The notes under the pieces were generated by a model, which was not told the DNA's origin, made no database searches, and saw only the letters and a list, made by a program, of their open reading frames with translations. A stretch of DNA of 64,000 nucleotides from Octopus sinensis (lineage: Eukaryota), in assembly GCF_006345805.1 (NCBI RefSeq), contig NC_042998.1, forward strand, positions 108,500,001 to 108,564,000. The letters run 5' to 3'. The translations under genes were made by a program, and so were the position numbers. Every line of letters starts with the position of its first letter. The first letter of the stretch is position 1. Below are positions 53,666-64,000 of the stretch, piece by piece.

Positions 53666-54212
53666 GTGAAAGAGCAGTGCATGCCATCAAAGTGACACTG
53701 GAGTAAAATATACGAAGCCCAATATTCCCATCATGACTACCTATCTGATAAAGGTACACCAGGCACATGCATCACTATAATATGTGCGTGACATCGTGAT
53801 CTCATATCAAGATAAACAGTACATGACCTTGCAGGTGGGACCCAGTTAGAATTTTCTTCTGGTCGAGTAGCCCATCCCGCTCAAAAGGTCCCTGAATAAA
53901 GGTTGTTTAAGGATGTTGAACGAAATACCCATGTTTCCAAAGGTGAATTATTCAAAACCCAAAGAATCCCTATCAGCACATGGCTATGATGCTCCCCCAC
54001 TACTTCTGCTCGTGTTCAGAGATGCACATATCGTCAGCCATTAAGGGACATGCTCAACTGGTTAAGGTCAAACAACTGACAAGCAAATCTGTGGCATTGA
54101 GTAGAATATTTGCTGTAGCCCATCTTTTATACCAAGACAAAACAATGTACATGATAACACTTCCAATCAGTTAAGATCAGACGCCACGGGAGCCACTGCC
54201 TGGTACTGCATT
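53666..54212 (-). mobile_element. ~550-bp non-coding element E, copy 3
   Basis: Reverse complement of copies 1 and 2; (ATT)n on both sides. Confidence 0.88.
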
Positions 54213-54235
54213 ATTTGATTATTTTATTATTATTA

Positions 54236-54274
<39 letters not shown>

Positions 54275-54276
54275 CA

Positions 54277-54324
<48 letters not shown>

Positions 54325-54489
54325 TATTATTATATTATTATTATTATTATTATTATTATCTCTTTATCACAGGTTTTGTTGGAGCTACTGGAGTTTTGCA
54401 TGCGTAGCGGGCTTACTATCTGCAACCTACAGTAACATGCTATTTATTCTTTTCAGCTTATTGTTATTATTATTATTATTATTATTGGC

Positions 54490-55110
54490 TAAAGAACCTG
54501 GCACGAATGGGGATCTGATCGATTTAGGTCATTCCAAAACTTTCGATAGGGTTGACAATCTGTACCTGGCGGTGGTCCTGAAGACAGCGGTATCAATCCT
54601 GTATTAGGAGATGGACCATTGCATTGCAATGTACAGCGACATATGTTCAGTGGTCAGAATAAACGGTCACCTCTCAGAACCGTTCAGTATCATGCGCTTG
54701 GTCCGCAAAAGTTGCCCTTTCTCGTCCCTGCTGTACGTACTGACTCTCGAGCCCTTACTACATAAACCGAAGACATTGAGGGACATTCCACATAATCTAG
54801 TATGTGGGAGATCCATGTCGAGATATATCAATGACGTCACCGTTGTGGTGTCGAAAAGTAAACACATTGAGATAATCGGCAACGCTCTCAAGGACTATGA
54901 GGCGGTATCAGGAGCGAAAATTAATCAGAGAAGCTAATGGTGTTGCGGCTCGGCACGCAGGGAAGCAAATCTACGCCACCCAACTGTGTTGTTGGGCGCT
55001 GGACGGGCGGACAGACTGGTGAAATTGCTCGGGGTCTAGTTCGATCAGTACCTCCAGATGGACAAAACCTGGGACGGAGAAACGAGCTTGGTAACTACTC
55101 TCAACCAGAA
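54490..55110 (+). mobile_element. L1/Tx1-type LINE RT fragment
   Basis: DLGHSKTFDRVDNLYL; VRKSCPFSSLLYVLTLEPLL; YINDVTV; DYEAVSGAKIN. Confidence 0.8.
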
Positions 55111-55729
55111 ATGGGTGCTTTTTCCTCAATTTCAGTCACCAAAACAAAATACCACCATCTCTACCACTCTCACACAGGCATGATTGAAGAAGAAAACGTC
55201 TTTTGCACCGCCACCACTCCCATCCCCATCAACAGCAACAGAAGCAACAACAACATCTCGATCAGTAATACGGTAGTGCCGCAGAAAAATCATAAACATT
55301 TACAAGACAACAGTGGAAACAGCAGAACTGGTTGCTTTCAGGATATCTACCCTATAGCATCGGTCTTATGGATGAAATGCACGACGTAACAATTGTTGTG
55401 CAGAGATACGTTCGGGATCGTCTTGCACAAACTTTTATTAACATCTCAATCAAAATCTTAAACTCTGCATGTAGCAAAGATACGGGTCGGAATTTTTTGT
55501 CCTACTCTAGTTGATGTTGTTTCTCTGATACGTCATCAACTTTAACAAGGTGAACGGCCAATTCTCAGAACCGTTTTGTATTGTATTGCACGCTCAATCT
55601 GTTAGAGATGGCTTCTCTCATTATTTAAATTTTTTTATGAGCTGGTTCCCGAGCTATTGCTGCAGAAGCTGGAACTGTAGAGGGCATTCTTTCAGAACTA
55701 GAACGTAAGAGAATCGAGTTCGGTTCGCA

Positions 55730-56520
55730 GATGACACCACTTTGATGATGTTGGAAGGGACACCTAGGATATGGAGGTTGGCAGTAACATTTTCAAGGAT
55801 TATGAGGCAATGTCAAAAGGAAGTATTACTGGGGCAAGTAAGTGTGCTTGTAGTATGGCACTCAGAGAAGCTAGTGCATCTCGTCGGTTAGTATCGCGAA
55901 TGTTTTCAATGCTCACCGACTTCTAACAGTTGGGCAAGTAGTCGGTGGAAGATCCTCGTTAATGATCTACATTTGCAATATTGACGTTTACGGGGAAGTT
56001 CTGGGTATCGATGAGCATGACTGGTCTACTTCTAAGGACTTATGGACCGTCATCTATGTATAATTTCCAGAAATCTTTACCCTGTAGTTATACTGAGGAT
56101 TCGTCAGACAAGCCAGTCCAAAGTAGGTGTACAGTGACGAAACCGTTCCTGCACGTATTTGTTTAGTGATCAGGCATTACTGATATGTGGAATTATGTCG
56201 AACGGCTATAGTCGCTGTAGGGCAAATCCGGTTATTAACCAAGACTATTATTACCTTGCCGCTCTCCTTTAACCGGGAGAGGCAGGAATTTCTTTTCCCT
56301 TTGACTTTGGCTATGGCAACAATGGTTGTGTGGACTAGGTGGAAAAGAATTGAAGACAAACGCTTCTCATCATTCAAGCCCCAATAAGATTTTTTGAAGA
56401 TTCGCTTGGAAAGGTGAGGGTGAAGTGGGAACTCTTCTCGTCCAGAAAATTTGTTATAAGGTGGGTGACGGTGGCAAACATGCCAATACTGAAAGGTTCT
56501 ACATTATCCAAGTGTCTGTA
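55730..56520 (+). mobile_element. Second L1/Tx1-type decayed fragment with 3' region
   Basis: DYEAMSKG paralleling 54890; C-terminal PFLHVFV...MVVWTRWKRIE. Confidence 0.55.
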
Positions 56521-56764
56521 GGCCCGTGAATAAAAGTTAGGAGAAGGCATTTGATTTGGAAGTCAGAGCGATTCTGAAACCGGAGATTTCCTAGTTTAGC
56601 TCTAGTTAGAGCACCTGTTGTATCATCACATTTTTTGTACATTGTATTTACATTTGATCTCAGTCAATGTTTTTCTCATTCAATTTTTGTGTAAACACAT
56701 AAAAAAATAGTGGATTGATTGATCAAATTGATAGAGGTCGGACAATTGCTGTGCAGTATTTTTT

Positions 56765-56910
56765 CCATATCTTTACCTTCTGAATTCAAATTCTGCCGAA
56801 GTCAACTTTGAATTTCGCCTTCCAGAGTTGGTAAACAGAAATACCAGTAAAGGTGAATTTAATCAACTAAACTATTTCCCGAAAATTTCACGTCTCATGA
56901 CTCTTTTAGA
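56765..56910 (+). mobile_element. SINE, family S1 (decayed)
   Basis: ctgaattcaaattctgccgaagtcaactttg...ataccagt. Confidence 0.75.
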
Positions 56911-57272
56911 AACAATTATTGTCATTGTTGATGGTGGTGATTATGTTATGGCGACTTTTGTCACTCGCTACGATTTCGAAGAGATAGTGTGGTATTAGGC
57001 AAGGTAATTTTAGTAGTTTGGTGGTGTAGACAGTAGTACTGCTAGGTCCTGATGGACAACTGCATTGAAGAGGGTTTGCTGCACCGTCAATAAACTATAG
57101 TAACAGTGCAGACCGCTGTCTATTATTAGCCCGGAAATGGACACTGCATCATGAAGGGAGGAGGTAAAATAGAGGAGTGGGTTGAGTAATGATTAGAGAA
57201 GGGGAGAAAACTCAAGTTGAAAAGTGGACTGAAAAGTGAGCAAAGAAGGGGGAAATGCATAGAGAAAGAGAA

Positions 57273-57311
<39 letters not shown>

Positions 57312-59294
57312 TCAGTGGAATGAGGAAGGATGTAAAAAGAAGCTTGTATTAGATATTTAGATGTTTAGGTGGGTAATGGTAGGATTAAAGAAAGGTGAAA
57401 GTCAACTGTAAAACACGCGGTGAATGATAAAAAATAAATGGGATAGATGTAAAGAATTAAAGTAAAATAGTGTCGAAGAGGGCGACAGAAAGAACGGTAG
57501 TGAATATCGATGAAGAAAAAAAGACTGAGTAAGAGAGAGAGAAAGAAACAGAAAGGGGAAGAGAAAGAGTGAAAGCAACCAAGAAAATATATTGATAAAA
57601 ACACGAACGCGCGAAAAGGTGTTTGTTTTTTGTTCGCTTGGTTCAACAAAGGGGCTATGCCTACAGCTTTCACAGTTTCTCTGGACTTGCAAATGTTTGC
57701 TTTCAAGTTTAGAATATTCCAGAATACATGTGTACACACACACACATACGAACATGCATATAAGTGGACATGAAATAATCTAGAATTCAAAAAACTTTAT
57801 CTGATTGAATGCAGGAATCTTTGTAGAAATATCATTTCAAAATAATCCATACTTCGTTCTCCCCTACTCTCTTTCCCCTCATGCACAAACATGTATATGT
57901 ATGTATATAGATAGGATACACACATTTATACAGAAAGATAGAGGAAGAGAGTGTAAGAGAGGGAGAATGACGAGAATAATAAATAAATTAAAAAAACATA
58001 CTTTATCAGACTGAGTAAAAGAATCTTTGTGAAAATATTTCAAACCAATCCGTACTTTCTATCTTTCTCCCCGACTCTCTCTTGCCGCGCACGCACTCAC
58101 ATAGAAGTATGTATACACAGATACACAAACATGGAAAGAGAGAAAGAGTAACACAGATAAAGATAGATAGAGAGAGAGAAAGCGTAAGAGAGAGTGACAG
58201 AGGGCACGTGTGCAAATTGTGTACATGCGTGAGAAAATGTGGGATTGACACAGAAAAGTAAGAATAAACAGTCAATGTGAAAGAAGAAATAAAGTTACAG
58301 CGCAAGAAATAGACGAGAGAGAGAGAGAGAGAGGAGAGAGGGGGGGGGGAGAAAGAGAAAGAGAGCATGTCAAAGAAAGAAATAAAGAGAGAGAGAGAGA
58401 GAGAGGAAAAAGCCGAAAAAAAGCGAGGGTAAGAGAGGAAGAGAGGCAGAAGATTGGGTGAGAGGGTGGAATTTGGAAAGGTCTTCAATGTATATAAGAA
58501 ATTATTATGAATGTAAGACATTACTATTATCTCTTTACACACCTTATGTAACCCCTCATTACTGTTTACGTCTTGACTTTTGTACTTCCTTTTTCCTTTG
58601 AGCCCTTCTTGCTAGTGAAAAATTACTACTACTACTACTACTACTACTAATGTTTGGTAGTAGTGTCAGATCAATACTATTGCTATTTATAGGTCTTCAC
58701 AACAGCAGCACCATGAACAACAACCACAGCGTTAATGGCATCAGCAATATCAGTTATAATTAAAGCAATAGTAAAAATAACAGCAGCAGTAATAGCAGCA
58801 GCAGCAGCATTAACAGTAGTAGCAGTAATAGTAGTAATAGTAGTATTGGTGGTGGTGGTAGCAGTAGTAGTACTTGTACGAATAACTGTGGTAGTCGGAG
58901 AAGGAGGAGCAAGAAAGAGAAAGAGAGTAAGAGAAAGGTTGAGATGGTTAAAGTAGTAGTACTTGTAGAGTAACAAGAAATAAAATTAATACTTGTAACT
59001 TCAACTGTTAACATCAGCAGCAGTAGCAGCAACCATAACAGTAATAGCATCATCCAAGCACAGCAGTGCGAACACTAACAATAGTAACATGAATATCATA
59101 ACTAATGAATTGAAGTTAAGCGAACAATAACATCAGCAACAATGTCCTTCACTATCATTGTTATAATGTGTTGGTAGTAGCATTGAGCATATTTGCAATT
59201 GTAAAGAATTAGTAGGATTATCCCCAATAGCAGCAGCAGCAGCACACAATATCCATCTGAAATAGAGAGACCAGACCTCAGATATACCGAGCAC

Positions 59295-59708
59295 GGATAT
59301 GGCAGAAACGTTAGCACGCCGGGCGAAATGCTTAGCGGTATTTTTGTCTGCCGTTACATTTTGAGTTCAAATTCCGCCGAGGTCGACTTTGCCTTTCATC
59401 CTTTCGGGGTCGATAAATTAAGTACCAGTTACGCACTGGGGTCGATGTAATCGACTTAATACTTATGTCTGTCCTTGTTTGTCCCCTCTGTGTTTAGCCC
59501 CTTGTGGGTAATAAAGAAATAGGTATTTTGTCTGCCGTTACATTTTGAGTTCAAATTCCGCCGAGGTCGACTTTACCTTTCATCCTTTCGGGGTCGATTA
59601 AACAAGTACCAGTTACGCACTGGGGTCGATATAATCGACTTAATCCGTTTGTCTGTCCTTGTTTGTCCTCTCTGTGTTTAGCCCCTTGTGTGTAGTAAAG
59701 AAATAGGA
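59295..59708 (+). mobile_element. SINE family S1, young copy with a tandem ~185-bp body duplication
   Basis: gtattt(t)tgtctgccgttacattttgagttcaaattccgccgaggtcgacttt at 59338 and 59523. Confidence 0.92.
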
Positions 59709-62451
59709 TAAAGAGATTTTATGTGGTTTATGCGGGCAGCATCGAGAATTTTAAATTGCTCGGGCCGTTAAGTTACCGTTTTCCTCTACGGCTAATTTCT
59801 AACCACTTCATTATTGTCGTCGTTGTCCTCCTCCTCATCATCAACATGGACATCATGAGCATGATCATCATGATCATCATCACTATCGTTGTAGTCGTCA
59901 TTGATGTCATCGTCACTGACCTCGTCGTCCATGTCGTCATTGTCATTGTCGTCAACTGCTACAAAAGCACCAATGCTGAAAATTTCGACAGTATATCACC
60001 AATTACCAATCCACTTCCTCCTTCTCCATCATCATCATCATCATCATCTGTAGCGGCAGTGAATTAATAGTGAATTCTTTTGATATGGCAAAATATATAG
60101 ATGTTTATACAGATTTTCCCAACTATTTTTGATGATACTAATTTTAACGACCGAAGTCAAGAACAGATAACTAATCCCTGCACGAATTGAATACAGTGTA
60201 GCGGAACAAAGAGTTTCATACATCAGAGTATTTATCAGTGATTTAAATAAACTCTTTGTTTCATTGCCATCATAATATAAATAATAACTATAGGGTGGTA
60301 GATAGAATCAGCTGAATATTTCCCAATCAGTTAAAACTACCATTTTTCAGTCTTTTATTTTTAATTCGGAGGAAGAGGTTATACTTATGGCCTTAGAACG
60401 CTGTCAGGATCGGTGAAATCGCCCTCAGTGTGGTTAAAGTAAGCATTACAGCTCCCCTAGAGGGTGTTGCCGCTTGTCAATTTAGGGAATGAATACAAAT
60501 AGTTATAGTAACAACGATAGCAACAACGCGAACAACAACATAGTATGAAAAACAGCACATTTAACAGGATCAACACTTTAGAAATATTGTTTGTAATAAT
60601 GTTTCTCGCTGCCGATCCAAGCAATATCATATGAACATGGGAACATAACGAAGTAATGGTTAAAATGTAAATTTTCTTTAGAAAATACACATGGAGAGAT
60701 GCTTGTAGATGAGAATCTGTTCCAGTATATTGCTCGTAGCTGTTTTTGTCAATCTGGAAGGGATGAAAGGTACGTCACCAAAGATATTATATCAATTAGG
60801 CAGGGATAAAGAAGATTAAACCGGTAATTTGCTTCACTGGTCATTTTCACTGACCTACATTTTGAATATCAAAATAATTTTCGGCCATGAATCTGAAATT
60901 AAGAATTACTGGCAATTGCTATTTTAATCTTTAATCTAACATTATATTCCATAATATAACAATAACAATAGCTAATAATAAAACAGCAAAAAAGAACAGC
61001 AATAAAAACAAGAAATATTGTGCAGGAAAACAAAAACAAGAAAAAATATAGATGACTGAAATAAAACGATCAACTGAAACGATGAACTTTTCCGAATTGA
61101 GCAATAAAAACAACATTACTAGTAATCACTAATTTAGGCACAGGGCCTCAAATTGAGGGTGGATAATAGTCGAATATATATAGTCTCCTGTACTTAACTC
61201 GTACTTCATTTTATCGATTCCAGAAAGATGAAGAGCAAAGGTGTCTTTTATGGCATTAAATTCAGACCTTTTATGTTCAGAGCAAAAATGTCACCAAGGT
61301 CGTTCCATGTTCTACCGATTTTTTGCCAATCAAATAATAAATGTATTTGAAAAATAAAAGATCACTTTATAATTGTAAAAATCTAAAAAATAAAAATAAA
61401 AATAAAGTGTCGGGAACATCTTTTAACTTTTAGAGGTTATTAAAAAGAGAGGCAACAATTCCTATGTCCCTTCTCGGGGCTTCTGTAACTGGCGAAAGTA
61501 AGGAAATTTATCTTCAGACAGGGCAACTGAACGCAATTCTTACACTAGATCGTTGTTCAGTGAGGACACTCGTGGATCACATACTGCACGGTACCTTGTG
61601 CAATTATCTTCTACCATCATCTCGAGCTGATCAATGTATTGCGATAGATATTTGGTATATAAAATCAGTGTGGAAGCTCGCCGAGGATGCAGACGTGCGT
61701 GAAAACGTGTTTGTTTTTTGTCGAGGAATATCACCAAAAGATGAAAGCATCAGCAAGAGAATTGATAAATTGGTGCTATCGAATAAATACATAAAAAAAT
61801 AAACCATTGTATTCATTCCGTTCGATTTACTTCTTTATCACTCTCACTATCATAAATGCACTGAAACAAGATTGGCGTTTATATACCTGTAACCAACGAT
61901 GCACAAAATGCAATGTCAAATTAAAATAGGAATACAGACACTCGGAATAGGTTCAAATTTTAAAAATTGACCTAAAGTAGATATCAATAATATTGTAAAA
62001 CAATTTAAGTATATAATTTTAGGTTATAATTAGAAAATTAGCTTTATAGCATCTCAATAGTAAATAGTTGAAGATTTGGTACTTTAACATAAATGAACAT
62101 CAATCGACCAACATTTTTCTAGTGATTAGTGGAGAAATACTACTTCTAGTGATGCTTAGAACCTAAAAGCAACAAGCAAATGTGAAAAATCAAAAGGGAT
62201 AAGTTGATCAAAACCATAATAACAATGTAGATTGAAGAATATTCTAATTTATAAAGTCGATTAGTTAAAGTTACGGACAGGTTTTGGCGTAATAAGACAT
62301 TGTCAATGAAGAATATCCACACACACACATACACAGACACAGAGAGACTGACACACGCACATATGCATGCATACACACACGCACACACACACACACACTC
62401 ACGCGCACACACACACACAAACACACACACATACACACACACACTCATACA

Positions 62452-62650
62452 GAGGCAGCATGCATGGCCTAGAGGTTAGGTTGTTGCACACATGATCGAA
62501 AGATCGTAGCGCCGATTCCAAGATCGAGCGGTGCGTTGTACTCTTCAGCAAAACACTTCAGGTTGATTTATTCCACCATCATTTCAAAATTAGATGCGTG
62601 GTAAATTTGTGCGCCTATACAGGTAATGTCGATTTGATGGAGGGATAGAG
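62452..62650 (+). mobile_element. Old tRNA-derived SINE
   Basis: catggcctagaggttagg...gccgattccaagatcgagcggtgcgttgtactcttcagcaaaacactt. Confidence 0.6.
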
Positions 62651-62716
62651 CTTATGTGATCATTTGTTCACCAAGAAATTGCAGGTACTTATCCATCTCT
62701 AACGACGGGAGAGTCC

Positions 62717-62781
<65 letters not shown>

Positions 62782-62796
<15 letters not shown>

Positions 62797-63000
62797 TAAT
62801 CCAAACAAGAAAGCAGAAAAAACACAACAACGCGAGGACGTGGAACAAATATAGTATTACTGGACGCTCAGGAAAGAAGGAAAGAAGGAGGGTTTAACGT
62901 TTCGAGCGGAGCTCTTCGTCGGAAACAAAGAAGAAGGAAAGATCCAGAGAAGGGAAGACAGAGGAAAAGAAATCGCCAACGGTACACACGAGGTCACATT
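62782..63000 (-). mobile_element. Short PLE pLTR-like element abutting (TA)n, with a minimal hammerhead-like motif
   Basis: Minus 62930-62891: GUUU CCGACGA A GAGC UCC GCUC GAA ACGU U AAAC. Confidence 0.65.
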
Positions 63001-63001
63001 A

Positions 63002-63129
63002 TACTAGCAGTATAACCCGGCCTTACCTGGGATTAAGTTGCGATTATTAAGCTAATCAAGTTCTTTATTTCAAACCAAACTAAGTAATATAGACGTCAAA
63101 TTTGGGCGAAATCCGTTGAAATTAGTTCT

Positions 63130-63130
<1 letters not shown>
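63002..63130 (+). mobile_element. Helentron-type element 5' fragment
   Basis: tactagcagtataacccggccttacctggg matches the start of 15841. Confidence 0.55.
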
Positions 63131-63207
<77 letters not shown>

Positions 63208-63774
63208 TTATATATATATATAATATAATATAAATATATATGGGCAACAGACACGAACACACATACACACACGTACGTACGTACACTTATTGCATGTTTT
63301 GTGCCCGCATAAATGTTCATAAACAGAAATGAATGGAAAAAATGTTGTTAAATTTGTAGATTAACACTCGCACAATTTTCACTAAGAAAAAAAATCGTTT
63401 TTTTTGCATGGAATCAACTACTCTGGCCTGAAAACCCTTTTTGTGGTCCGTGAAACGGAGTGGGGTGTGGTGGAAGCCTCGCAAATTGTACCCATTTATA
63501 TTGTGTAATTCACTGACAAATTGTTACTCATCTCTTTGTTTCTTTGTTGTTAAATAAATGGATTGTCAACAAAACACTTTTTTACTCGGCGTAAAATAAA
63601 ATCAAAACTCTTTCGCACCCAGGAGAAAGATGAACGATTTAAAATAAATAAATATATTGTAATTGTTGGGTGAGAAAGTATATATACTATGATTATAAAA
63701 TATAGTGTGCCTTTCAAAAACAAAATCAAAACATTTTACATTTTATTTTTTATGAACGTAGTCACTTACTCTCT

Positions 63775-64000
63775 CTCTCTCTCTCCCTCACTTTGTCTTT
63801 CCCGTGAAACTCTCTGCCTCCTTCTTCCACTTTTCTTTATCTTATTCTTTTTTTGTTAGACGCTGGCAAAAAAGCAATGGCTCTCTCTCTCTCCCTCTCT
63901 CACTTTGTCTTTCCCGTGAAACTCTCTGCCTCCTTCTTCCACTTTTCTTTATCTTATTTTATTCTTGTTAGACGCTGTCAAAAAAGCAATGGCTCTCTCT
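63775..64000. repeat. ~112-bp tandem repeat (two units; runs off the window end)
   Basis: cactttgtctttcccgtgaaactctctgcctcc at 63789 and 63901. Confidence 0.95.

Noticed and set aside
60709-60769. Signal-peptide-like exon MRICSSILLVAVFVNLEGMK with donor aag|gtacgt
   Set aside because: The 3' two-thirds align to a decayed antisense S1 SINE (ttttgtcaatctggaagggatgaaagg vs ttttatcgaccccgaaaggatgaaagg). Likely coincidental; SINE exonisation is not excluded.
61464-61802. 112-aa plus-strand ORF and overlapping minus-strand ORFs in unique sequence
   Set aside because: No recognisable motif or convincing splice signals

Overview
Eukaryotic, AT-rich (roughly two-thirds AT by eye), repeat-saturated DNA with no host gene I can identify. 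The SINE and LINE families look like those of an octopus/coleoid cephalopod genome; this is inferred from repeat-family recognition and not verified. Almost all ORFs in the supplied track are microsatellite read-throughs or decayed retroelement fragments. Contents: (1) Many R4/Dong-clade non-LTR retrotransposons (RT + CCHC + restriction-like endonuclease) of several ages, stacked head-to-tail in (AAT)n tracts. These include five copies of one young family, one near full-length at 36666-40635. (2) A ~550-bp non-coding element in three copies, each flanked by the same (AAT)n target. (3) Penelope-like (PLE) fragments and short PLE-type elements, mostly in (TA)n tracts. These include an open GIY-YIG frame missed by the ORF track, a 154-bp-arm near-perfect palindrome, and several minimal hammerhead-ribozyme-like motifs, one with a compensatory G3:C8 core. 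(4) CR1-, RTE- and L1/Tx1-type LINE relics, tRNA-type SINEs, Helentron-type non-autonomous elements, a mariner relic and many microsatellites. A few weak exon candidates remain unassigned.
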